Assembly (NCBI GenBank): GCA_012799825.1
Contig: JAAZKK010000016.1
Location: forward strand, 12,009 to 76,008
Reading direction: 5' to 3'
DNA length: 64,000 bases
DNA from: Clostridiaceae bacterium
GTDB lineage: Bacteria; Bacillota; Clostridia; Saccharofermentanales; DTU023
The notes under the pieces are model-generated. The model ran no database searches, had not been told where the DNA came from, and saw nothing but the letters and a program-made list of their open reading frames with translations. Of the stretch, positions 38,804-47,574 are shown piece by piece (the stretch's first letter is position 1; every line of letters starts with the position of its first letter). Made by a program: the position numbers and the translations under genes.

Positions 38804-40282
38804 CTAATACATAGCACATGCTTCGACGACACCGATTACGGGGACGTCAAGATGGCGGCCGAGCTGATATTCGAGCATCCGTTTTTCTGTCGTATCTGTA
38901 TTACTCCACAAATAGAGTAAAGCGGAGGTCTTCTCAACCGCCTGAACGGCGGTCGGGTCGCCGGCAAAACGCCCAATCGGCTTAAATGTTATGGCGCCGG
39001 GCGCTATGGTCTTGTCGAACACGGTCTGAAGCTGTTCAATCAATAGAGTCCGCACACGGTCGGTTTCTGTGCCGGGAACAAGTAGCTGTAACGGCATTTC
39101 TTGTGAAGAGTTTTTTGCCGATGCGGTCGTATTGGCTCCACCCATCGCATTCACTTTGCCCATGATCAGCTCTGCTGTATAGGCCATCGCCGTCTCCGCA
39201 ACTGATACGTCATACGCTCTTTTAAACCATCGCGCAATACGACGATCAAGCGCATTGCCGCGACGATCCTTATCGAGCGCCGTATCCATAGGAAGCGCGC
39301 CAAGATACATTAAATTCAAAGCATGCGACGCCTTTTTCACATTAAATACACCAATCTCATTCCAATAACGGATCAGCGTCCAAACGATACTGATGAACAA
39401 ACCGACGAAAAAGCCCATCAATCCGCGTTTGATCAGCGTCCTCATCGATAGATCCGCTTTCACTTCGCCTTGTGTTTTTGTCGCTGTCAACTGATGCTTG
39501 GCATCGACAGCGCGCTCAATGTCCTGATGAATCTCTTCAAGACGCGCTTCACCAAGAGTGATCATTCGTTGAAGTTCTTCCTTCAACCGCAAAATCCCGG
39601 GATCCTCAACGACCTCCACGCGCTCATGTGTGAACATGAGTTCATAGTCACCCATCGGATCCATACCAGCGTGTAGCACAAGCTCGGCATAATCGCGAAT
39701 ATCCCACATAATCGCGTCAATTAGACTTTCATCCGGTCCGGTCACTTCAAGAAAGAGCAGACCGTCATCGTTGATCTCGGTGCGAATGAGGTGCCGGATG
39801 CTCATATCATTAAGAGGCACCCGTCCTTTTTCCATCATGTGAAGCACAAACGTCTCATCTTGAAGCGCCTGCATGTAACGCAGACTGAGAACACGGGCAG
39901 TGCGCGCTTCCTCTTTTGCGTCGGACACAGCATCCTCGGCAAACTTAAAGTTCAGGACAAAACTTTTATTCATACGCTGCGTCGGATCGATGTGAAAGTA
40001 GAGATCTTCGGAAAGTGTCTGTCTCAGCTTGTGGTTGCTTTTTCGCACCATCTCAAGATTATCAAGATAATATTGGCCTTCCGTTTCGTATGCAATGAAA
40101 TCGGAGACAAGCTTCTTGTATTCTCGCTCGCTAATGCCTGCGTCGCCTGTTCTCGGCGGATTCGCAAATGTCAAGCCTAATGCGATCGCTGTGCCCAAAA
40201 GAAGACAGATCAAAAGGACACGCCATGATTTGAATAAGTAAAAAAAGAAAGCTTTCAGATTGAAACTTTTCAGTTCTTCCAT
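38804..40282 (-). CDS. Wzz/PCP-like two-TM membrane protein with uncharacterised cytoplasmic C-terminal domain (paralog 2)
   Basis: Same architecture as 34579-36048. Shared blocks: HIDPTQRMNKSF / QIDPENRINKRF, LSLRYMQ / LSLRYLQ, VTGPDESLID / ITGPNEEMID, LLVPGT / VLVPGT, EYQLG. Confidence 0.55.
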   Translation of the reverse strand: MEELKSFNLKAFFFYLFKSWRVLLICLLLGTAIALGLTFANPPRTGDAGISEREYKKLVSDFIAYETEGQYYLDNLEMVRKSNHKLRQTLSEDLYFHIDPTQRMNKSFVLNFKFAEDAVSDAKEEARTARVLSLRYMQALQDETFVLHMMEKGRVPLNDMSIRHLIRTEINDDGLLFLEVTGPDESLIDAIMWDIRDYAELVLHAGMDPMGDYELMFTHERVEVVEDPGILRLKEELQRMITLGEARLEEIHQDIERAVDAKHQLTATKTQGEVKADLSMRTLIKRGLMGFFVGLFISIVWTLIRYWNEIGVFNVKKASHALNLMYLGALPMDTALDKDRRGNALDRRIARWFKRAYDVSVAETAMAYTAELIMGKVNAMGGANTTASAKNSSQEMPLQLLVPGTETDRVRTLLIEQLQTVFDKTIAPGAITFKPIGRFAGDPTAVQAVEKTSALLYLWSNTDTTEKRMLEYQLGRHLDVPVIGVVEACAMY

Positions 40283-40359
40283 GGCTTCCTCCTCAATATT
40301 TACTGCCTATTAGGCGGAATTGACCTTGTCTATTCTACAACATTTTTTCCCATTATAAC

Positions 40360-40408
40360 AGGCAAAACGGCGCAGTCGCGCCATGACGACCGTGCCGTTT
40401 GTTTTTTC
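40360..40408 (-). terminator. stem-loop terminator downstream of rplL
   Basis: aaacggc (40365-40371) pairs with gccgttt (40394-40400). U-rich tracts lie on both strands. Confidence 0.5.
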
Positions 40409-40451
40409 CTCGCGGTCTGCCTTGTTAATAAAGCAAACTGTACGCTTTTGA

Positions 40452-40835
40452 TTATTGAATTTCGACTTCGGCGCCAGCGTCGGTGAGCATTTTGGCCGCT
40501 TCTTCGGCGTCATCTTTCGAGATTTTCTCTTTTACCGGCTTAGGTGCTGAATCGACGAGCGCTTTCGCATCTTTGAGACCGAGACCGGTCAGCTCCCGAA
40601 CGATTTTGATCACTGGTATCTTCGACTGTCCGGCACTCTTAAGAATGACGTCAAATTGTGTTTTTTCCTCTTCTTCAGCCGGTCCCGCTGCGGCACCCTG
40701 CACAGGCGCGGCAACAGCCATAGCGGCGGCAGATACGCCAAATTCCTCTTCCATCATTTTTACAAGATCATTAAGTTCCAGGATCGTCAGTTCCTTCACC
40801 GCGTCCAGAATCTTGACCAATTTATCGTTACTCAT
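40452..40835 (-). CDS. rplL: 50S ribosomal protein L7/L12
   Basis: [36 protein letters not shown]... 127 aa. Confidence 0.95.
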   Translation of the reverse strand: MSNDKLVKILDAVKELTILELNDLVKMMEEEFGVSAAAMAVAAPVQGAAAGPAEEEEKTQFDVILKSAGQSKIPVIKIVRELTGLGLKDAKALVDSAPKPVKEKISKDDAEEAAKMLTDAGAEVEIQ

Positions 40836-41051
40836 CTATTTTTCCTCCTGTTGACGAGTGTAGCGTCCTCGGATGACGCTTTATACTAAACAGCGCATTC
40901 ATTGTGCGCTTCGCCGGTTCTGCGGCATTTTGTGTGTTCTTATATCCTTTGCTCTGATTAAGTTAAGGTTGTCATCTTTCGCATAAGGCTGCAATTTCAA
41001 GGGTGTAAGGTTTCTTTACTTCGCCTCGGCAGGTGCATCCGCTACAAAAGA

Positions 41052-41633
41052 TTACTCCGTTACGGCAGCAACTTCATCCGCGGCTTCGGGAGCGCTTGCA
41101 ACCGATACCGGGACATCTTTTACTTTTTCCACACCGGCTTTTTCGCCTTTCTCAGCGATTTGGCCTGCGACTTGCGCAAACGCTGTTAACGGGTACATCA
41201 TCATGAACAGCAGTTGCCCATAAAGCGTCTCGCGCGACTCGATGTAAGACAGTTTGATTAGGTAGTCGAGAGATTCGACTTTACCATCTACAATACCGCC
41301 TTTGATTGACAGTCTTCGATATTTTTCTGTTGATTGGCGCATCAGCCTGGGCGCCAGAAGGGCATCTTCTGTACTGAAAGCCAGCGCCGTCGGACCAACC
41401 ATAGCGTCTTCTAGTCCCTCGTATCCGAGAGCCTGAAATGCGCGTTCGGTAATCGAATTCTTGACGACACGGTACTGCAAACCGTTCTCGCGAAAAACAG
41501 TGCGCATCGCATTGTCTTGTTGAACCGAAAGACCTTGGTAATTCACCAAGACGATCGATTTTGCGTCTCTTAACTCATCGACAAGCGCCTGAACCTGCTT
41601 CTTCTTTACCTTCAGCTTAGCTTGACTTGGCAT
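41052..41633 (-). CDS. rplJ: 50S ribosomal protein L10
   Basis: MPSQAKLKVKKKQVQALVDELRDAKSIVLVNYQGLSV. The start was trimmed from the long ORF to ATG 41633, which has a GGAGG RBS. Confidence 0.9.
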   Translation of the reverse strand: MPSQAKLKVKKKQVQALVDELRDAKSIVLVNYQGLSVQQDNAMRTVFRENGLQYRVVKNSITERAFQALGYEGLEDAMVGPTALAFSTEDALLAPRLMRQSTEKYRRLSIKGGIVDGKVESLDYLIKLSYIESRETLYGQLLFMMMYPLTAFAQVAGQIAEKGEKAGVEKVKDVPVSVASAPEAADEVAAVTE

Positions 41634-41800
41634 TCGATCATTTTCCTCCTTCTTCTTAATAATATGAAACACCCCTCCGCATAGCGGCGGAGAGGTGCGT
41701 GGTAAATCAGACCTTCCGCCTCGGCAGGACAGCTTGACCTCGTTTACGTCCTTCAGGGACTCCGGCTTTCTACGGCGTGACGGGTATATTCTTTTGTCAG
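41634..41800 (-). promoter_or_regulatory. ribosomal protein L10 leader (autoregulatory attenuator)
   Basis: The minus-strand leader contains ctgtcctgccgaggcggaagg, which resembles an L10-binding-site mimic. It also has a terminator-like hairpin cctctccgc...gcggagggg (41672-41695) followed by tgttt, just upstream of rplJ. Confidence 0.5.
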
Positions 41801-41873
41801 GCAAAACCGCGTTCCGATTTTGCGAATAAAACGTCGACACTCATCCGACCGTCTTATTCTTTGTCATGATACA

Positions 41874-42563
41874 CTATCTGGCGCTGATATTCACTCGAAC
41901 GCCCGGCCCCATCGTACTGGCAACCGTGCAGCGGAGAATGTATTGTCCTTTTGCCGCTGCAGGTTTGGACCTGATCACAGCGTCGACCAACGCATTAAAG
42001 TTTTCTAAAAGCTTCTCCGGGCCAAAGGAAACTTTTCCAATGACGGAGTGAATGATGTTCTGCTTTTCAAGACGGTATTCTACTCTTCCGGCTTTTGCTT
42101 CCTTGACAGCCGTCGCGACATCCATCGTCACCGTGCCTGATTTCGGGTTCGGCATCAGGCCGCGAGGACCGAGCAAACGACCGAGGCGTCCTGCAAGGCT
42201 CATCATGTCCGGTGTGGCGATGACGACGTCAAAATCGAACCAGCCTTCTTTTTGAATTTTCTCGGCCAGATCTTCTGCGCCAACGTAATCGGCGCCGGCT
42301 TCCTTTGCTTCCTCTTCTTTTTGACCTTTAGCGAAAACGAGCACGCGCACGTCCCTGCCGGTTCCGTGGGGCAGGATCACCGTGCCTCTGATCTGCTGGT
42401 CAGCATGGCGCGAATCCACGCCCATACGCATATGCACTTCCACTGTCTCATCGAATTTCGCGGTCGCCGTATCGATGACAAGTTCCATGGCATTGAGAGG
42501 ATCATAATATTCGAAGGGATCAATCTTTTTTGCCGCTTCGATGTAGCGTTTTCCGTGTTTCAT
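41874..42563 (-). CDS. rplA: 50S ribosomal protein L1
   Basis: [15 protein letters not shown]... 229 aa. Confidence 0.95.
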   Translation of the reverse strand: MKHGKRYIEAAKKIDPFEYYDPLNAMELVIDTATAKFDETVEVHMRMGVDSRHADQQIRGTVILPHGTGRDVRVLVFAKGQKEEEAKEAGADYVGAEDLAEKIQKEGWFDFDVVIATPDMMSLAGRLGRLLGPRGLMPNPKSGTVTMDVATAVKEAKAGRVEYRLEKQNIIHSVIGKVSFGPEKLLENFNALVDAVIRSKPAAAKGQYILRCTVASTMGPGVRVNISAR

Positions 42564-42575
42564 CGATTGCCCTCC

Positions 42576-43007
42576 TTATTTATCGTAGTCTACAGTGATG
42601 CCCATGCTGCGGGCTGTTCCGGCAACCATGCGTGCACCGGCTTCAACGTCGGTCGCATTCAAATCTTCCATCTTCATCTCCGCAATGCGCAGACATTCCG
42701 ACCACGGAACGGTCGCCACTTTCATGGAATTGGGTGTTCCGGAGCCCTTATCGAGACCGCACGCTTTTTTTAACAGCACAGACGCCGGTGGTGTTTTTGT
42801 AACGAACGAATAAGTGCGATCTTGATATACCGTGATCACCACGGGAATAATAAGACCCATATCTTTCTTAGTTCGGTCATTAAACTCTCTGACAAACTGG
42901 GCGATATTAAGCCCATGTTGGCCGAGTGCTGGTCCAACCGGCGGCGCCGGCGTTGCCTGTCCCGCTGGAATCTGTAATTTCACATATGCGGTTACTTGTT
43001 TAGCCAT
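42576..43007 (-). CDS. rplK: 50S ribosomal protein L11
   Basis: [32 protein letters not shown]... 143 aa. Confidence 0.95.
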   Translation of the reverse strand: MAKQVTAYVKLQIPAGQATPAPPVGPALGQHGLNIAQFVREFNDRTKKDMGLIIPVVITVYQDRTYSFVTKTPPASVLLKKACGLDKGSGTPNSMKVATVPWSECLRIAEMKMEDLNATDVEAGARMVAGTARSMGITVDYDK

Positions 43008-43078
43008 AAGCCACCTCCCAAATTAGGTAATAACCTTTTTTATTTATTAAAAAACCACGTAAGGCGGTTTTCTTCTAT

Positions 43079-43636
43079 TTAGTTTTTCTGCAACATCACT
43101 TGCGTCAATTCAAGCTCAACCGGCGTCTCGCGTCCGAACATGGACACAATCACGATAACTTTCTTCTTGTCCATGTTGATCTCATCGACCTTGCCCTCGA
43201 AGCCTTCAAGCGGGCCGTTGATAACGCGGACATTGTCGCCGACCTCGTAGTCCATAACAGGCTCCCAGTCTTTGTCAAGCCCCATCATACCGAGCTCATC
43301 ATCAGAGAGCGGCACGGGATTCGTGCTCGAAGGACCGACAAAGCCCGTGACGCCGCGCGTATTGCGGACAATGTACCAAATTTCGTCCGTCAAAATCATC
43401 TTGACGAGCACATAACCGGGATAGATTTTACGCTCGACGCTCTTGCGTTTTCCATCCTTGATTTCAATGACCGTTTCTGTCGGAACCAGCACTTCCTGAA
43501 TCATGTCTTGAAGTCCGCGGTTCTCAATAATAAGATCCAGCGTCGCCTTGACGCGGTTCTCGTAGCCGGAATACGTGTGGATCACGTACCAGAGCGCTTC
43601 TGTTGATTTATCAGGCAAGCCGCTCATATCACTCAC
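43079..43636 (-). CDS. nusG: transcription termination/antitermination factor NusG
   Basis: WYVIHTYSGYENRVK NGN domain and a KOW motif GDNVRVINGPLEGFEGKV. Confidence 0.95.
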   Translation of the reverse strand: MSDMSGLPDKSTEALWYVIHTYSGYENRVKATLDLIIENRGLQDMIQEVLVPTETVIEIKDGKRKSVERKIYPGYVLVKMILTDEIWYIVRNTRGVTGFVGPSSTNPVPLSDDELGMMGLDKDWEPVMDYEVGDNVRVINGPLEGFEGKVDEINMDKKKVIVIVSMFGRETPVELELTQVMLQKN

Positions 43637-44112
43637 CCCGCCGTTTCAGACTCAGATGCGACAGGTCCGCTGTCTGATGTATCGGTCGGCGTTTCTGTAG
43701 CCGAAGCTGCCGGTTCGCTATCCGTTGCTTCTGACGTCTCTTCTATCGTAACGAGAGGGTCTGTTTCCTCCGCCAATTCGGTCACAATAGGCGCCGGATC
43801 TGTAGATTTAGGCTCCTTCGTGGAGTAAAGCCCCGTTCCCGTAAAAATTAAGCGGACGACGGTATCGAAAACAAGGATCACGATCACCGAAAAGAATATG
43901 ATGAGGAGCACCGTAAGCGTGCTTTGTTTCAATTTTTTCTTATCAGGCCAGATGACGCGCTTTAACTCATTAACGATATTGGAAAACCATTTGCTGATGC
44001 GCGCGCCAAATGAGGGTTTTGAACCCTTCTGTGGTGCTTTATCCGGTGCTTTGCGATCCGCGCGCGATTGTTTGTCGGAACGTTTATTGGTGACTGATTT
44101 TTTCCTCGCCAT
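43633..44112 (-). CDS. secE: preprotein translocase subunit SecE with long acidic C-terminal extension
   Basis: NELKRVIWPDKKKLKQSTLTVLLIIFFSVIVILVFD is the SecE core, followed by about 70 aa of T/E/S/D/P-rich tail. Overlaps nusG by 4 nt. Confidence 0.8.
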   Translation of the reverse strand: MARKKSVTNKRSDKQSRADRKAPDKAPQKGSKPSFGARISKWFSNIVNELKRVIWPDKKKLKQSTLTVLLIIFFSVIVILVFDTVVRLIFTGTGLYSTKEPKSTDPAPIVTELAEETDPLVTIEETSEATDSEPAASATETPTDTSDSGPVASESETAG

Positions 44113-44136
44113 GTCCGTGTCTCCGTTCAAGTGACG

Positions 44137-44304
44137 TTATTTCGTCTCGCGGTGAACCGTATGTTTGCCGCAGAACCGGCAAAATTTCTTGAGTTCCAGC
44201 TTCTCCGGGGTATTCTGTTTGTTTTTCTTTGTATTGTAATTGCGCTGTTTGCACTCGGAGCATACCAGTGTAATCCGATCGCGCACTCCCGCTTTCTTTG
44301 CCAT
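44137..44304 (-). CDS. rpmG: 50S ribosomal protein L33
   Basis: [55 protein letters not shown]. Confidence 0.95.
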   Translation of the reverse strand: MAKKAGVRDRITLVCSECKQRNYNTKKNKQNTPEKLELKKFCRFCGKHTVHRETK

Positions 44305-44383
44305 ATTGGCACCTCCCAAAGCTGTCCATTCCTAAAATTGCACGTACAAAAAAAAAGACTCGTGCGTCTCGACAAGCTAAGAC

Positions 44384-44412
44384 ATCGTATCACAGCCCCG
44401 AACAAGTGTCAA
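44384..44412 (-). promoter_or_regulatory. candidate sigma-A promoter for rpmG-secE-nusG
   Basis: On the minus strand: TTGACA (RC of 44407-44412), a 17-nt spacer, then TGaTACGAT (-10 hexamer is RC of 44384-44389). Confidence 0.35.
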
Positions 44413-44736
44413 TATTAATCCTTGCACCAGTCTAGCACCCCCCCCAGTCTAAGCTGAATGCCAAAGTAAACTGGACAGCGAGAAGCGCGGTTCGTCAGGT
44501 GTGCTCCGGCACTTCGCCTGCTACGTTTACGAATGTAGAAATAGTCTAGACCGTGCAACACGCAATAAGGTTTATGAAAATCATAGCGTTCAGCTCCACG
44601 GAAGAACGAGACGCCCGGCGCACGGCCGCGTTTTGTGATGTTCACATCGCTTTGATGGTGAAGGATGATATAAAATTCGGCAAAACGCGGCCGACAGATG
44701 AGATCTGGTGCTTTTATAAAGTCAAATCACGATGTT

Positions 44737-44775
44737 CAAAAAACGAGATCTGACGCTTTGATACGGTCAGATCTC
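44737..44775 (-). terminator. rho-independent terminator of the ABC-2 transporter operon
   Basis: gagatctgac (44745-44754) pairs with gtcagatctc (44766-44775). A T-run follows on the minus strand (44737-44744). Confidence 0.7.
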
Positions 44776-44793
44776 GACACTCCGATTAAAAAA

Positions 44794-46077
44794 TCACGAT
44801 ACTTTGACACCTTTTGTTTGTTCGCGATCTCTTTTTAGCATCGCGACAATTTCACGAAACTTCGGCGGTTTCCCGTACATCAGGACGCCCAGCCTGTAAA
44901 TCTTAGAAGAAATCCACGCGAAGAAGACCATCGTTATGAGTTGTGAGCCAACGCCCAGCAGCACTTCCCACAACATAACATTCGTCATGGAAATGCGCAC
45001 GTAGAGCAACATCGGTGAGAATAGCGGCAAGAAGGACAAGACTTTAACCCAGAGTTCGGACGGATTCATCATGGCAAAAATAGAAGCCATAAATATGATC
45101 ACGAAAATGAACGACAATGTACCGATGGTGGTCGAAACGTCTTCAGCCCGGCTGACAAGCGAACCTAACGCTCCGAAGAGGAACGCAAACGACAAGAACC
45201 CCAAAATGAAGAACAGAACGGCCAACAAGGCAGTGTCAAGCGGCATCTTCAGCGCGATGTAGAGGAATTCTATCGACTGCAATGCCGGTGCATTGATCTT
45301 AAAAAAGATAGCAAACGTACCGAAGAAAAGCGCGATCTGTATAAGCGCAACCAATGTCGTACCGATAACTTTGCCGACGATCAGATTGAGCGGCTTCGTT
45401 GATGTGATCAAGATCTCCATCGCGCGATTGCCTTTTTCTTTGGCAACCGATTGAGCGACGAACTGTCCATAAAGCATGATCATCATATAAAGCAGAAACG
45501 TCACAATGTACGTCTGTACGTACGCATGGTAGATCGTTTTACTGTCTGACGTCGATGACAATGAAGCCGTCTCAAAAGATATAGGCTGCATGAACTGCGC
45601 AATCGACGATTGAGGCGCACCGCTCCTTATAAGCAAGCTGAGATTGAGTGCTTGATCAACAATACGGGGCAGCGTCTCTGTAAACGAGTCGGTCATACTT
45701 TCCTTGCTCAACGTTAGTCGCACTTCTTTTTCATGAAAAATTTCAAGAATCCCGTAAAGTGCTCCCTGTCTCCCCTGATCACGTAAATTCTCCAGCTCCG
45801 TCGCATCAGCCAATGCCCATGCTTTATCCTGATACGCCTGCTCGAAAATACTCAAGTCATCAAGAAGACCTGAGTGATCAACGACAGCAATTTTTAAGGT
45901 GGCAGCCTTTGACGGAGCGTCATCGCCCTTATCTCCGCGAATGAGCGCGATTATGGACGGAATCGACAACAAAAGCGCAATCAAAACCATCAGAATGATC
46001 GTCGTTCTGATCCAACTCTTTTTGGTCAGGTAATTTCCTACTTCAAAACGGGTAACGATCCAAGCGCCACGGTCCAT
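44794..46077 (-). CDS. ABC-2 type transporter permease (NatB-like)
   Basis: 427 aa: N-terminal TM, a large extracytoplasmic loop and five C-terminal TM segments. The start codon overlaps the ATPase stop. Confidence 0.7.
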   Translation of the reverse strand: MDRGAWIVTRFEVGNYLTKKSWIRTTIILMVLIALLLSIPSIIALIRGDKGDDAPSKAATLKIAVVDHSGLLDDLSIFEQAYQDKAWALADATELENLRDQGRQGALYGILEIFHEKEVRLTLSKESMTDSFTETLPRIVDQALNLSLLIRSGAPQSSIAQFMQPISFETASLSSTSDSKTIYHAYVQTYIVTFLLYMMIMLYGQFVAQSVAKEKGNRAMEILITSTKPLNLIVGKVIGTTLVALIQIALFFGTFAIFFKINAPALQSIEFLYIALKMPLDTALLAVLFFILGFLSFAFLFGALGSLVSRAEDVSTTIGTLSFIFVIIFMASIFAMMNPSELWVKVLSFLPLFSPMLLYVRISMTNVMLWEVLLGVGSQLITMVFFAWISSKIYRLGVLMYGKPPKFREIVAMLKRDREQTKGVKVS

Positions 46078-47129
46078 CAGGCACCTCTCTTTCTGCGACC
46101 AAACAGGCCGCCTCGTCTCTTTTTCAGCAATGCCGCCTCAGCAAGATTTTCTTGAGACGCGCGTTCATCGGCAGCAAGATCCTCGCGTGTATAGCCTGTC
46201 TTTTTCAAGAAAATGTCTTCCAGCGTCGGCTCCACAACTAAGAATCGCTCAACGGAAAGATCGCTTCCGGCCAAAGCATCGAGCAAATGACCGCGTTCAC
46301 CCGCCTCTTCCAGCGTCACAAGCACGCGTCCGCCATTTTGCACGGCAACCTCTTCAAAAAGAATGCCTTTTGTAGCCATAAGATTGCGCAAAATCTCGGC
46401 GGTTCGATCGGCGGGCACCCTATGACCTTCTTCTTCTAAGCGAATCTCAATCGTATTTCGAGGGTACGTCTGTTTTATCTTGGCAAGATCACCTGCAAGA
46501 TCGATAACGCCTTCATCCAGAATCGCGATGTTCTGACAAACTTGCTCGATAAAAGGCATTTGATGTCCTGAAAGCATAACGATGCGACCTTCTTTGACGA
46601 TATCGCTGACAATTTCTCTCATCATCATCACGTTAACCGGATCCAATCCTGAAAACGGTTCATCTAGGATCACAATTTCGGGGTTTGTAAGAAGTGCGGC
46701 AATCAACTGAATTTTTTGCTGATTGCCTTTTGACAGCGTCTCTAGATTTTGCTCGCGATAGCCTGTCATCGACAAACGGTCGAGCCAGTAGTCGCTAGAT
46801 TGAACGGCTTCGTCGTGTGTCAGGCCGCGCAGCATGCCGAGATAGACAAGCTGACGGATAAGACTAATGTCCGCATATAAACCCTTTTCCTCCGGAAGGT
46901 AACCAATCGTTTTTGCCGTTCGAAGAAACGGTTTTCCATCGAGCAGGATTTGCCCGCTGTCTGCCGGAAAAACATTCATAATAATGCGAATCAGTGTCGT
47001 CTTCCCGGCGCCGTTTCGGCCAAGAAGCCCGAGCGCCTGTCCTGAACTCACATTGAGACTCAGTCCGCGAAGCACGTGATGGTCTCCATATGATTTGTGG
47101 ATGTCTTGAATTTGCAGTTCCATGATCAT
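46077..47129 (-). CDS. ABC transporter ATP-binding protein (NatA-like) with C-terminal extension
   Basis: Walker A GRNGAGKTT, signature LSKGNQQKIQL, Walker B ILDEPFSGLD. Confidence 0.85.
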   Translation of the reverse strand: MIMELQIQDIHKSYGDHHVLRGLSLNVSSGQALGLLGRNGAGKTTLIRIIMNVFPADSGQILLDGKPFLRTAKTIGYLPEEKGLYADISLIRQLVYLGMLRGLTHDEAVQSSDYWLDRLSMTGYREQNLETLSKGNQQKIQLIAALLTNPEIVILDEPFSGLDPVNVMMMREIVSDIVKEGRIVMLSGHQMPFIEQVCQNIAILDEGVIDLAGDLAKIKQTYPRNTIEIRLEEEGHRVPADRTAEILRNLMATKGILFEEVAVQNGGRVLVTLEEAGERGHLLDALAGSDLSVERFLVVEPTLEDIFLKKTGYTREDLAADERASQENLAEAALLKKRRGGLFGRRKRGA

Positions 47130-47310
47130 CCTCCTGTTCTAACTTGGTCTTAAAGAGACATTGCTCTTTTCTATTATTTTTGCACGAGATCACTTTGCAT
47201 ATCACAATGGATCATTTCGCCTATATTTTGCCTCATCTAACGCAACAAGAATCGTATTTTACGCGATCCTTACAAATACGTTACATAAACTTTTAACTTT
47301 TGCTTTTCTC

Positions 47311-47353
47311 AAAAAAACTCCGATTGGCAAAATCGTATTTTTGCCAATCGGAG
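47311..47353 (-). terminator. rho-independent terminator after ispH-rpsA
   Basis: 15-bp stem ctccgattggcaaaa / ttttgccaatcggag (47318-47353), followed by T7 on the minus strand (47311-47317). Confidence 0.8.
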
Positions 47354-47574
47354 TTACATCATTAAAATGAAATCAGGATTCTATACCCTTAAGCCTTTTA
47401 CAAGGTAATCTCATTCCTCTAAAAAGATTCAACAGTTAGCTAAACGTCACTGTTCACTTATCCCGCGTCTTTGGAATCGAGATCATCTTTCCATGAATCT
47501 GTTTCAGAGGTTACCTTATCATCCTATGCGACGGGTTCCGGCGCTTCTTCTGCCGGAGCATCAGCTTGTTCAAC

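Noticed and set aside
44415-44645. 76-aa basic ORF between the ABC operon terminator and rpmG
   Set aside because: It has a GTG start without an RBS and no recognisable family. It overlaps the region containing the likely rpmG promoter, so it is probably non-coding.
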